A stretch of DNA of 63,372 nucleotides, filler included, from Octopus bimaculoides (Eukaryota), in the NCBI RefSeq assembly GCF_001194135.2. It is 5 parts of 5 records of this genome, joined end to end, with 100 filler letters (N's around TTAATTAATTAA, not from the genome) between each part and the next. Parts side by side here need not be neighbours in the genome. Positions count along the whole stretch, not along the records: positions 1 to 19,124 come from NC_068983.1; 4 more parts are not named here. The stretch is one strand, 5' to 3'. The translations under genes and the position numbers were made by a program. Of the stretch, positions 1-12,850 are shown in pieces. The number at the start of each line of letters is the position of its first letter. Position 1 is the first letter of the stretch. The notes under the pieces are model-generated. The model was given only the letters and a program-made list of their open reading frames with translations, made no database searches and had not been told where the DNA came from.

Positions 1-25
1 TATATATATATATATATATATATAT

Positions 26-200
26 ATCATCATCGTTTAATGTCTGTTTTCCATGCTGACATGTGTTGGACGGTTTGACTGAGGTCTGGGTAGTGGCTGC
101 TTTTTATGTGCCACAGGCACAGCAGCCAGTCAGGTGGGCCTGGCATTAATCATGTTCGGATAGTGATTTTTATGTGCCACCAGTACGAGGAGGTGCAGAA
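26..200 (-). mobile_element. RTE-type LINE 3' tail (or tail-sharing SINE) fragment
   Basis: (CAT)n followed by CGTTTAATGTCTGTTTTCCATGCTG..; the same family recurs at about 18600, 59915 and 60585, and ends in a (GAT)n tail on the element strand. Confidence 0.6.
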
Positions 201-321
201 ATGACATACTCCAAAAGAATTAAAAGGTAATGTAATCCAAGGGTAGAGTAAGAAATCCATGAATCAGGTACTCCAAGTTAGTCGGAAGGACGTAGAGGGT
301 CCTGTGTGAATGTGTAGTAAA

Positions 322-692
322 TAGTCAAATCAAATAAACGAACAATAAAATTAATGATAACAAACAAGAGGATGTGTACATGAAATGTATTAGCTTGACG
401 CTCAGTAAAAAGAGAGTTTTTGACATTTCAAGCATAGTTCTTTGGAAAGGAGAAAAGGTAGCATCTGAAGAAAGAAAAGAAATCACCAAAAGCACATGTG
501 TAGTTACATAAAAAAACACATGCTGTTTGTGATTTTCTTTCCTTCTTTGGACTTTTTCCTTTTTTCTTTCCGACAAAGAGCTATGCTCAATACATGAAAA
601 ACCTCTTTTTATCAAGCGTTAAACTAATACATCCCATGTGCCCGTCCTCTTGTAGCTTCTTATTTTTAATGATCATTTATTTGATTTGACTA
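322..692. mobile_element. Foldback MITE (whole-element imperfect palindrome)
   Basis: Perfect 17-bp terminal inverted repeat TAGTCAAATCAAATAAA (322-338 and 676-692). The arms remain alignable inward to a short loop near 510-525. Terminal TA may be a Tc1/mariner-type target duplication. Confidence 0.8.
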
Positions 693-704
693 TATATATA
701 TATA

Positions 705-1062
705 GGCATAGCTGCATGGTTAGAAATTTGCTTCCCAACCACATGGTTCCATGTTTAGTCCCACTGTATAGCACCTTGGACAAATGTCTAAGTGTCTTCA
801 GTTATAGCCTTGGGCCGACCAAAGCCTTGTGAATGGATTTGGCAGATGGAAACTGAAAGTAGAGTGTATGTGAGGATGTCCCCCCACCACTGCTTGATGA
901 CTAGCGTTGTTGTGTTTACGTCTCTGTAACTTAGCAGTTCAGCAAAAGACACTGACAGATTAAGTACTAGACTTAAAAATTTAAAAAAAGAAGTGTTGGT
1001 ATCAATTCATTCGACTAATTCTTCAAGGTGGGGCCCCAGCATAACAGAAACAAGTAAAAAGA
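705..1062 (+). mobile_element. tRNA-derived SINE, family A (CpG-decayed copy)
   Basis: tRNA-like head, then ..CACCTTGG.CAA.TGTCTTC..TATAGCC..GGGCCGACCAAAGCCTTGTG.. body and ..GAAACAAGTAAAA tail shared with many copies in the window. Confidence 0.8.
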
Positions 1063-2310
1063 AAGACATATATTTCAGTAGATGGGAAATAAAATATTTT
1101 GTGGTATTTTGTTGTGTGTAACTTTACATTCTGAGTTCACATTCTGCCCAGTTTACTTTTTATCCCTCTGTAGTTAGTACCATTCAAATACTGGGTTAGA
1201 ATAATCAGCTATATTCCTGAAGTGGGGTACCAGCATACCCACAGTCCGATCACTGAGAGCAGTAAAAAATATCTCTCATGTAATATATATTGCACTCAAA
1301 ACACAAGCAAACGTTTACATATTTTACTTATATATATACCTGAAATGTGAAAACAGTCACAATATTTACTTGTTCCTTTCAATTATTTAAACACTGATTG
1401 TCATATTACTGGAACAGGGAGTACAGACTGTTAGTTTGTTGTCATCAATTTGGATATACTCTGTTCTTGGCATTCCAAACATTTCAAGAAAACTATCAGC
1501 CAGGATATACACAGCATACCTTTATGGAAGTAATTAACTAAGGAAGGTAGGGTTGATAAAGACTAAGTCATAAAGCACCCCACCTATTCCTTAGTACTTG
1601 GCAGTATAGACCAGCAAGGAGACTGTTAACATCCTTCACTTATCAACAATTCTGCAATCTAGCTACCCTATAAATAGACTTATAAATCACCTGTAACTTG
1701 AAGAAATAGGAGATTGAAATTAATTTAATGATTGTTGTAGATTCTATAGAGATAATTATTTACAATATTATGCCCAGTAAACATATAAAGTGTATTTGGA
1801 ATGTGTGTGTGTTCTTGTCCGTGAGGAGGTGTGTAGGTTTACAGAATTGTGGGAACAGAATTTGGCAGTCGGAAATATAACCTAAAATAGTTTTATCAAG
1901 TAATAAATAAGTAAGTATAAAATGACTAATTTATACTCTAAAAATGGGATAGAAGGAGAACTGTAGATCCATGTATATATTGCATTCCAAACTGATGTGA
2001 AATATAACTATTCCACAACCAACACTTACACAAATTCTACTAAATATTGAAACATTTACTTGTTTACGTGATACCAAAATATTTTTCCTTAACTTATAAC
2101 AGTGAGAGTGAGAGCTTATTATTATTACATTACCTCACTGGCCTCGAATTTCTTTATTCATGGTACAACGGAGAACAAATAAAAAAAAATTACAATTAAA
2201 CTTTAAATGAAAAAAGTTTTAAAAAAGCTACTGCCAAAGTTAAAAATCCAGAAACTATATAGAAAACTATTGCTTACATTGGTTTATTAAGCGTATCTAT
2301 ATATAACAAA

Positions 2311-2695
2311 GTGGAGGCACAATGGCCCAGTGGTTAGGGCAGCAGACTCGCGGTCATAGGATCGCGGTTTTGATTCCCAGACCGAGCATTGTGAGTGTTT
2401 ATTGAGCGAAAACACCTAAAGCCCCACGAGGCTCCGGCAGGGGATGGTGGCGAACCCTGCTGTACTCTTTCACCACACCTTTCTCTCACTCTTACTTCCT
2501 ATTTCTGTTGTGCCTGTAATTGAAAGGGCCAGCCTTGTCACACTGTGCCACGCTGAATATTCCCGAGAACTGCATTAAGGGTACACGTGTCTGTGGAGTG
2601 CTCAGCCACTTGCACGTTAATTTCACGAGCAGGCTGTTCCGCTGATTGAACCAACTGCAACCCTCGACGTCGTAAGCGACAGAGTGCCAACAACA
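2311..2695 (+). mobile_element. Full-length tRNA-derived SINE, family C, with target-site duplication
   Basis: A-box TGGCCCAGTGG, B-box-like GGTTTTGATTCCC, (CAA)n tail; 12-bp direct repeat ATATATAACAAA at 2299-2310 and 2696-2707; second copy at about 24668. Confidence 0.9.
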
Positions 2696-3234
2696 ATATA
2701 TAACAAACTTATGAAGAACAATTTTAAAGGTTTTTCAAGCAACAGTATAGATTTTCTAAAGCCTTAGATTATATTTTTAAAACTCTGCTGTTCACCTAGA
2801 TTCCTGTTGGTCATGGTGCATCATTTGAAAGCTATTGAACCACCTCAATATAATTTGCTTACAATTATTGTTCAGTCTGGTGTTGACAGATTTGTTTGAA
2901 CAGGGCTATTTTGAGGGTGCCTCAACTATGGCCAGACACAGGATTTGAACTCATTAAAAGCTAAAGAAACATTAACTCAAAAAAGTTTAGGGTAAATTTG
3001 TCCTTAGGTAAGGTTTGTATGCTTTAACATAACCACTTGAACAAGTTATAATACTCATCTTATTGCTGGGATTTAAATGGTAAATAAATTTTATAAATGT
3101 TCCAATAATTCAAACAAATGTATGAATTTTCAAATTAGCTAACTCGTGTAAAATATATCTGTATAAGCTAAAATTAATCCTCTTCCTAATGATAATTCAA
3201 ACAACTGATTCTTAAGGCCAGAACGTAACTCTTG

Positions 3235-3435
3235 TGTCAGGTAGTGCTTAGCAAATTGAGAGTTGTTAGAGCATTGGACAAAATGCTTCATGTTATTCTT
3301 TTTGACTTTTTATATTCTGAGTTCAAATCTCACTGAGGTCAACATTACCTTTCATCCTTTTGAGGTTGATAAAAATGTCCCCAATCCATAGAGGTGAATT
3401 GGTGGAACCATCAGAAGATCAGAATAAATGCCTTT
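3235..3435 (+). mobile_element. tRNA-derived SINE, family B (decayed)
   Basis: ..TTCTGAGTTCAAAT..GAGGTCAAC..CCTTTCATCCTTT.. matches the better-preserved copies at 20455, 27590 and 45895. Confidence 0.7.
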
Positions 3436-4769
3436 TGATATTTATTCTAGTTCTTTGCATTCTGAGTGCATATCCAACCATGGCTTATGTGGATGGCAAA
3501 ATTAACTCATCACATCATTTAACTCCACCACCTAGCACCTTGGGTGTTTTTAGTGGACTCCCCACTTTTGCTAGCATTTGGGCCAGGTTTCCTGTTTGAG
3601 GATACCTTCCTCCCTTCCTCCTACCAGTCTCAGAGACCCTTGAAACAAAAATGTAAAATACAGATAAATAAATTTCTGGGTAGAATGCTGATTCATCAGA
3701 TTTCTTTACTGAATGAATTGAACTTCGTAGATCAAGCCAATAAAATACTCATCACCTCTACAAGTTACAATCCTGAAATGTGCTATTTCTTTGGTACCTT
3801 ATTATAGTTAGATGAATTTAACCATTAAAAACTTCTTGACTATAGACACTAGTGTTAGTAACTGACTATGAACTACTGGCCTCCTCAAGTGGTTGTGTAA
3901 TATTTTATCAGCTCAGCTCTCCAACTACACTACCACTCTGAAAATAGTACTGCTTCTGTCATATCAACATTATCCTCAAAAACTAAGGTTACTTCATGAA
4001 ATAAATATTTTTTGAGAAAAACAAAAAAAAAAAAATGAACTCCTGCACACTCCCTATATTACCATATATGGGGATACCGAAATTTTTATATGGTAAATGT
4101 CTTTGGAGCATGTGCCATATAAAAAATTAGGTGCAAAATCTCTCTATTTCTAAGATCAGTAATTGGTATGGTAAAGAATGATTAGTGTAGCATATTGTTG
4201 GTAGAATCTACAAAAACATCTCAACCAAAACCTTTTGACTTATTGTCACAAATCTCATTTTAAAATCTCCAAAGCATTTCCTACATTTACTTTTTCTTCT
4301 AAATTACAAAACATCAACTTGAAACAACTCATTGTTTACACTATATTTTTTTTCACAAATAAATCTAGCTATGCAAACTTGAACCTGGTACCACTAAGTT
4401 TTTCTATCTAGCATTTTATCATGTAGTTTCTCAGATGAATGGGATAACAAAGAGGATAAAATGGGTCAAATTATGCAAACCTATTGAAAGCTTATACCGG
4501 AAAACAAAATTTCATTTAGTTCACCGAGTCCATCTTTGAACTATATGACTGACATAATGACAATCATGTAGTCACAAACAATCTCACAAGAGACAATATA
4601 ACATTTATTGTGCTTTAGCATTCATTGGACAATATAATAATGAAATTATTGTGCATAGTATTCAGGTGCACTACAACTCATCAAAGGTGCATGTACAGTA
4701 CATAGAATTATGTACAAAAGTCAGAAAAGTGAAGTGTAAGAGTCATGATATACATGTATGCATGCATAT

Positions 4770-5139
4770 GGAGGGAGGGATATCAAGTGTAGTATTGGTG
4801 AATTTCAGGAAGCACGGAGGTTTTAAAGGATGCAATGTCTCAGTAGCTAACAACTAATGCAGGTAGTTTGTTCCATGCTTCAGCAACTCTGAGTGTGAAA
4901 AAATGTTTCCAAAAGTGCATTGTTGAAATATATTGTGATGAATTTCATGTTTCAAAACGTTGCTTACTTTTCACTCAGCCTCAAAACATGGTGGAACTTC
5001 ATGTGATGGATGGTAAAACACATTGCTATGGTATCTATGGCTCCAGAACTTTTCCAGATTGTATTGGCTGATGACCATGGCAATGATTTGAATTATTTAA
5101 AATGTTTATTTATTTTTGAAACTGCAACATCAGTGTTGC
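4770..5139 (-). mobile_element. CR1/L2-group LINE ORF2 C-terminal fragment
   Basis: Minus strand translates ..WKHFFTLRVAEAWNKLPALVVSY.DIASFKTSVLPE, the FF..RV...WN.LP signature ending CR1/L2-group ORF2; truncated by an N gap. Confidence 0.8.
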
Positions 5140-5593
5140 NNNNNNNNNNNNNNNNNNNNNNNNNNNNNNNNNNNNNNNNNNNNNNNNNNNNNNNNNNNNN
5201 NNNNNNNNNNNNNNNNNNNNNNNNNNNNNNNNNNNNNNNNNNNNNNNNNNNNNNNNNNNNNNNNNNNNNNNNNNNNNNNNNNNNNNNNNNNNNNNNNNNN
5301 NNNNNNNNNNNNNNNNNNNNNNNNNNNNNNNNNNNNNNNNNNNNNNNNNNNNNNNNNNNNNNNNNNNNNNNNNNNNNNNNNNNNNNNNNNNNNNNNNNNN
5401 NNNNNNNNNNNNNNNNNNNNNNNNNNNNNNNNNNNNNNNNNNNNNNNNNNNNNNNNNNNNNNNNNNNNNNNNNNNNNNNNNNNNNNNNNNNNNNNNNNNN
5501 NNNNNNNNNNNNNNNNNNNNNNNNNNNNNNNNNNNNNNNNNNNNNNNNNNNNNNNNNNNNNNNNNNNNNNNNNNNNNNNNNNNNNNNNNNNNN

Positions 5594-5973
5594 AAGTATT
5601 CAGTTTACATTTACTCCTTTGGCTGATTAAGCGATGTAAAGCGTATTTAATCTCCATACCTTCGTTTTATTTGCTTTTTTCATTTTAAATTTGCTTTAAC
5701 CCTAACCCTAACCCTAGGGTTAGGGTTAGGGTTAATTGTTTCAGAATCGTTTGTTTATGTAGTCGGCACTTAATGTATATCAGCTGAATGGACGTCAATG
5801 ATTGGTTGAAATTACAGAAATACGACAACTTTCACATGGAATAACTTATGGATTTCTTTTTTTTTTAAGAAGACTAAGAGAAAAAGATGTTTTATATGAC
5901 ACATTCTACCAGTGTTCCAAGTTTCAAAGTGTTTCGTTAATGAAAAATGTGGCCCCCGTTTTAAAAAAGATCC
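5594..5973. mobile_element. Foldback-type repeat with central telomere-like palindrome (left part lost in gap)
   Basis: The right arm matches the arms of the 7462-8320 element (TTTTATATGACACATTCTACCAGTGT.CCAAGTTT..AAGTGTTTC, terminal AAGATCC). A (CCCTAA)3/(TTAGGG)3 palindrome lies at 5696-5735. Confidence 0.7.
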
Positions 5974-7111
5974 GATTTATCTACCACTACAAGATGTTTG
6001 AATATATACAGTACGTCCCTTAAGTCTAAATTGCCATTAAGCTTTAGGTCAGCTCAAGTTTTGAAATGCTTCTGCTTTTTAGGATAGGTTACTAGTCCAC
6101 TGCAAGTAATTTCACCCCAGAAGTTCAGTTAGGGAAAATGATATATTATATAATCAACTTAATGTCCAACCTGAAGAGTATAATGAAATGACTGCAACAT
6201 GAATATGTAGTCTGATATATTATCTACTTAGACATATTACCTTATATAAGGGTAAACAATTAGTAAAAAAAAATTATAATGTACATAATATTATAACTGC
6301 CATTCTAACCATTTTCATAAAATTTACTTATAATGTAAGGTGTCTTTAAATAAGCTATAACCTATCCTTAGGTAAAGATGTTTGAATAAAAGGTGGGTTG
6401 GTCATGAGTGGATTGTCTTTGATCATAAGTTTGTTTGATCAGAGATGATCTGAGGTTAAACAACAGCCAATCATTAAATACTTTCATCATTTGGTTTCTA
6501 TATTATTAAGCACTGTTTTGATACATCTTTAGACAGCTCAGTGTAACTCCAGTTAATAGCACCATTATAAATTATTTCAAGGCAACAAGCCACAAAAATT
6601 CCAAATCTGGTTACACACTTCATTTCCCTTTGACTTAGTTTTGACAGCAATGTCTTGGCTGTCTTAGTGGAACCACAGTTAACTAACCAAACAAATAAAA
6701 GATGACCAGAAGACACTTAAAAGAGAGTGTTACAGCCAGATATTTAGCACAAAGAAATCTTAAGACAATGATTGTCAATGAAACAGTGCTAATAAAAATA
6801 CATGAATAAAGAGCACTAAAGGTTGTAAAATTTGTATTTCAGTTTTAGATGCTTTTATACAATGGCAATATATTCATCTTCTCATTTATATGATCACAAT
6901 TATTTTATCATATATTAGTAACAATGCAATGTTTGAGTCAGTGCCAAGGTTTACCTAGCAGATTTGCCAAATATTTTGGAAACATGGAGAAATACATGCT
7001 GTAAAAAGTGATTATAACAAATGAACAAAGTTATCTAAAAACTGAGTAAAACTAATTACTATGTTAAGAGTGTGGGGAAATCTAAAAAGTAAAAGGGAAA
7101 CCAGATGTAGG

Positions 7112-7330
7112 CCTTTCCTCATCATTAGAAATAAAGATGTGAAGGTGGAGGTATTGTTTTCAGTTGTGTTTGTTTGTTTGTTTGTCCATGGACAAGATAT
7201 CTCAAGAACTGCTGGATGGATTCGGATGAAACTTTCAGGGATGTTTAGCCTCATGACTGGCATGAACTGATTAGATTTTGGGATTAATCTGGTACCGGAG
7301 AAGGATTCTGGATAATTTTTCCTGTTTTTT
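7112..7330 (+). mobile_element. Helentron-associated (HINE/DINE-1-like) non-autonomous repeat
   Basis: ..GGAGGTATTGTTTTCAGTTG(TGTT)n GTCC..GATATCTCAAGAAC..GGATGGATTCGGATGAAACTTTCAGG layout, typical of DINE-1-like elements; family assignment is by recollection. Confidence 0.5.
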
Positions 7331-7461
7331 TTTTTTATTTAATTTTTGAGAGCAGTTGGGTTCATTTTTAGTATTCTCATTTGTGAGAGCAGTTGAGTTT
7401 TTCCAGATATTCTCCTCTGGCTAATTGTTGAGATGACGTTGGTGTTGCCTTGGGAGGTTTG

Positions 7462-8320
7462 GGATCTTTGGGGTTTGACGGGCAACATTTGTTTTCTTAA
7501 TGAAACACTTTCAAACTTGGGACACTGGTAGAATGTGTCATATAAAACAACTTCTCTTAACCTTCTTAACAAAATTTTGTACATCGCAAGTTATTTCATG
7601 TTNNNNNNNNNNNNNNNNNNNNNNNNNNNNNNNNNNNNNNNNNNNNNNNNNNNNNNNNNNNNNNNNNNNNNNNNNNNNNNNNNNNNNNNNNNNNNNNNNN
7701 NNNNNNNNNNNNNNNNNNNNNNNNNNNNNNNNNNNNNNNNNNNNNNNNNNNNNNNNNNNNNNNNNNNNNNNNNNNNNNNNNNNNNNNNNNNNNNNNNNNN
7801 NNNNNNNNNNNNNNNNNNNNNNNNNNNNNNNNNNNNNNNNNNNNNNNNNNNNNNNNNNNNNNNNNNNNNNNNNNNNNNNNNNNNNNNNNNNNNNNNNNNN
7901 NNNNNNNNNNNNNNNNNNNNNNNNNNNNNNNNNNNNNNNNNNNNNNNNNNNNNNNNNNNNNNNNNNNNNNNNNNNNNNNNNNNNNNNNNNNNNNNNNNNN
8001 NNNNNNNNNNNNNNNNNNNNNNNNNNNNNNNNNNNNNNNNNNNNNNNNNNNNNNNNNNNNNNNNNNNNNNNNNNNNNNNNNNNNNNCTAACGGGGATTAA
8101 TACGATATACACCGTTACAGCGCTAACTGTTTTCAACTGAATAGACGTCAGTGATTAGTTGAAATTATCGAAATAAGACAGTTTTTAACGTGAAATAACT
8201 TCGAATACAAAATTTTTTATCTGTTCTATACCACAAAATATACAAGTATACGAAGTTTGGAAGTGTTTCGGTACCAAAAACACTGCATTAAAAATGTTGC
8301 TCGTCAAACCCCAAAGATCC
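7462..8320. mobile_element. MITE/foldback element with long inverted arms, centre in N gap
   Basis: TIR GGATCTTTGGGGTTTGACG(G/A)GCAACATTT at 7462-7490 and its reverse complement at 8292-8320; inner arms also partly complementary. Confidence 0.8.

Positions 8321-8367
<47 letters not shown>
8321..8367. repeat. (TTA)n microsatellite
   Basis: Direct reading. Confidence 0.95.
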
Positions 8368-8369
<2 letters not shown>

Positions 8370-10789
8370 AGGAGTGGGTTGATAGAATTAATAGAGCAAT
8401 GGACAAAATGCTTTGTGGGATTGGTTCCAATTTTTTACATTCCAAATTCAAATTCCACCAAAGGTCAAATTTTGCCTTTCATGCCTCCAGAGTTAAGAAA
8501 AGTACTGGGGTTGATGGTATTGAATAACCTTCTCCCTTCAAAGTTACTAACTTTATGCCTTCTATCTATCAGGGGGTATTAGTTTATTCATGAGTGATAA
8601 CCAATTCTCTGAATGATGCTTGAATTGATACTCTTTAGCATCTTTCCTTAATCTTTATGTTTATTGTTCATAGATATTTTTGTTTGTTTTTAAATCTTAA
8701 TTGACTAGTAATGACTAAGACAGTTATAATTATTTGATCTATGCATTAACCAGTCACCAAAATAGCCAACAATCTGATAAACTTGAGAGAGATCTTAACT
8801 CCAGATTGAGAGATAAGCACTCCAATATATTTAGATGAGAGAAAGAAATTTTTTATTACATATATAACCAACTCATAAATAATAGCCAAAACAAGACTTT
8901 CTTGATGCATTAAATAGAGATGCATATTTCATTCTAAAAGACTTTCTGTTACATTAAATAGAATGTGCAGGTTTTACTCTCAATGTTTCCAAAAGAAAGA
9001 CAGGACAATAAAGAAAAGCATGCTTCAAACAGTGATGTGTAACTGGAATCTGAATAGACAGAGAACAAAACTTATGCTTTTATGAATTCAAATGGTGGCC
9101 TGTATGGATTCCAATACGATCTTGTTATTTAATCTGAGGAGTCAAAAAAGTTCTATTTTCTTACAATTGTAAAAGAGGAACAATAAATAAATTAAATTAA
9201 AAATGAAAAACTTTTTATAAAATTTTTCATCTTATGTGAAAGCAATATGCTAACTTTCAAGTTTTAGAAGAAGGCTAACTTCTAAATATTCACCCACCAA
9301 AAAATAGCTTTTCTTTTTCATAGATAAAAGCTTTAGGTAATTAAATTTAGACATTATTCTGGCTTAGCAATTTTACAGCCACATTGGGATACAAACTTAC
9401 TAAGTATGGTGGAGATGTTTGAGGAATGTGGTACATATATTAATTTTTTCTCAGGTACAAGGTTTTCCATGGTAAGAAATGATTTAGTCAATCCATTTAG
9501 ACCAAAATATGTCAAGTAATTATGAAGTTTTGACTGTGATAATTAATAGACCTTCAAAGAAAATATCCATTTTAGATGATTGAAATAACAGGCTATAAAT
9601 CATATATGATTTAAGAAAATATTTATTGTGAGAAATTAAGTCTTCCAGTAAGATCTAAAAGAACAACTTAGCAGAAAGCTTTTTCTAGAGAAGAATTGTA
9701 AAAGTTCCAGAAGTGAAACACATCTTCAGTCAACACCAAAATAAACCACTGGGAAAATTTGAAATACCAAGAATCCATTACAATTGCTTCCTTGTTGAAC
9801 ACCTGCTGATAAATATTTTTTTGAGGAAATAGAAAACAACTAATGCTAGTGAATAGTTACCATCCTTGAATATGTAAGCATAAAATAAGAACATTCTTAA
9901 CAATTCGTGCATTCTTTATCAATTATTTCTTCTTCTATGGTAAACTAAGAGTAGAGGAGCTGTTCTCCAAGTATTATTCAGTATGCAGTGAAGGACCAAC
10001 TTGGATGTTTATCTTGGCAGATCATTTAAAATATGTCACTCACACATCAGCCACATGGTTTTATAAATTTGATCAGCACTAATTAATTAGAATAAAAATT
10101 TTGTGCAACAAAGCAGTCCATTAAAGACAACAAATGAGAAATTTAGTTTCACATTTTAAGGGCTAAAACGCAAACTGAAATAATGAAGTCAAATGTAATG
10201 AAAGTCTATAGATAATATTTTAGCAATAAAAGAGACTATAAGTATAATTGGTTTAGTCTATGGAGAAATCATTAGGAACTGGTAACAAAATAGGGACTAG
10301 CATTTCATACAATTACCACAGATATAGTAACTCTTTCTCTGTTGAGAAATTACATATTCACTAGCAAAATAAATGTTAATTTTCTCTTTGCTAAGTGTTC
10401 TGATGTACAAACTAATAGCCATCTTCCCAATGACCAATAGCTAAGATAAGTCTACTCTTTTCATAAATATGAAATTAAAAGCTACATCTTAATATAATCT
10501 GCATTTTCTTTGTAACCTAGGCACTGGTATAATTTTTGTCATGTAATTTTATCTTGGGAAATTTGTAAATTTTAAAACTGATTTATAACATGAGCAGAGT
10601 ACCAGGAATTATGAAAGAGAAAATAGTAAATTATATTGATCCAGTACTTGACTGGTACTATATTTTGTTGATCTTGGAATAATAAAAGGCAGTCACTTAA
10701 GTGGGATCTGAACTTGATCATTTCTTGCATAAGCACAAGGCCAGAAACTTGGGAGGAAACAATTGAATATGTCAGCCCCCAACCCACTC

Positions 10790-10920
10790 CAATATTTGAC
10801 TGGTACTTTATTTTATCAACCTTGGAAGGGTAAAAAGCGAAGATGAGCTTGGCAAGATTTGAACTCAGAATGTAAAAATCCAGGTCAAGTACCCCAAGGC
10901 ATTTTATCTGATGCTATAAT
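10790..10920 (-). mobile_element. SINE family B, strongly CpG-deaminated copy
   Basis: GACTGGTACTTTATTTTATCAACC..GATTTGAACTCAGAATGT aligns to family B with CG replaced by TG/CA. Confidence 0.75.
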
Positions 10921-12850
10921 GAAAGCACTAGTCCACTAAGTTTGTTAAAATTAAGATTTAAAATGAAACATCAAAACACTTATTGTTTTCTAATAACAGT
11001 GTCCATAACCATGCATGTACACCCACACAAACAATTATCATAGTTATTTTTTGTTGGAAGATGATGGGGTGGCATTAATAAGTAGAAAGCTCTACTATTT
11101 TAGATCTATATCTTTGAATACTGAATTTAAAATAAGCTTTAACAGTATGTTCACTAAACATACAATAGATGCACTGGGAATATTGAGTGACTTAGCTGGT
11201 GTCGGGAAATGATAGTAAGAAAGGAACATTATAAAATATTCTGGTAGTCTGCTGTAAATAATGCTGTCCACGAATTTAAGGTGGAGTACATTTGGAGGAA
11301 AATAAAAATCAAAATCATTGGCTGTCTGTATCATGATCAATGTGACAGACCAATTGATAGGATGTGCTTGCAATTGTTAGCAAAGGATCAAGCCCAGCTT
11401 TCATCTAGAAAATCTAATTTTCAATGATTAGCAAAGAAATATTTTCACAAAATAGAATAAATGGTAAATAAGTAGATAATTAAATTAACTTCTCTTTAGA
11501 CTAAGAAAGGAGACTAGTTTGAAGAACTACATGTTTACTGTACATGTGTATGTGTAAGAGAATACATATGCACTTCCCCCTCCCTTATATTGTTTAAATG
11601 TCTTAAAACATTTTGAAACATAACTGTGGGAGAGGAAAAAAGTATTAGTGACTCAATTGATTTTTCAAGTTTTAAGAGAAGAGGAAAATGAATAATAGTG
11701 ATATAGGTTGATAACAACAAAGATCAAGACAAAAAATAACTAGGTCAAGTTAATTAGGACATTACCACGCTCATTAATTATAAAGGATTGATTTTTGTTT
11801 TGTTTTTTTAATCCAGAAAAGAAGGAAAAATACACTAAACGAATAAATAGATATAAAAGATTCCTTCTATTATAAAGGTTTTTGATTAACTGATAATAGG
11901 AATTCATTACTAACACATTTCATTAAGTTGAAAAGAAGACGGGTGGAAATCACAACTGCAGAAAACTGTTACTTGCAAAGAGTCAATAACAGGTTTCATC
12001 AGTAGTATTTACAATTAAGTAAGAGTGTGGTTATAACAGTTACTGTTTGTTGAGTGGGTAGATGTAGCAAAGTGGATGGGTGTGTCAGCCTAAGAAACAC
12101 TAATACTGCATCATGCTCCAGAAAAGGTGCTGAAAATTTCCTCTCACATTCACTTGGGTGCTGAACAGCTACAAAAAGCAAGAGAACATGTCAATGATAG
12201 AGAACCAAAGTTAGTTGCAAAAGTTTGTTGTTGTTGAGGAGCCATGGCTAGCTGTGTAAAAGCCACTTCAACCAGTACTGCAAAGGATTCTGCTGATGTG
12301 AATTAGCTAGTTTCAAACTTAATCAAGCCACAACCATCTGACACATTCGTTTCCCTTCTTTTCATCACTACCACTGTATCTCACCTGGCAGACAACACAC
12401 TAAGCACTTTACAGATCCTTCCTTCCCAGATAACTCTTCTCCCTTACACACATCACTCCTCTGCCAACACTGACCTAGAGATATTCAAACTAAACAATTA
12501 CATCAATCTCATCAGTCTGAGAAGACTTGTAAAGGTCATTATAATTGTATACACAGTTTAGTTCCTCTCATTAGGTACGCTTTGTTTTAAATCCCTCAAA
12601 GGTTAAATTTACCTCTCATTCATTCAGAGTCCATCAAATATTTTATTTTCTTACATATTTGTTAACAGTATCTTGTTACCAAAGATCATTTATTTCCATT
12701 TATTTATGCCCTATTTTTTATAATAAAAATCTGTTAAGTCTTTTCAATCGTTTCCTTGTTAAGCTGTTTTTCAAAACTACTGTAGATCTTGATGTGTTTT
12801 CAAACAACTTCCAATAATAATGAAGATAAGGAGAAGATAAGCAGCTGATA

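Noticed and set aside
2311-2385. tRNA gene
   Set aside because: The tRNA-like sequence is the head of a SINE with body, tail and TSD; the cloverleaf is incomplete and the isotype uncertain.
5696-5735. Relic of a chromosome end-to-end fusion
   Set aside because: Only three repeat units per side, and embedded in a multi-copy foldback element; no subtelomeric context.
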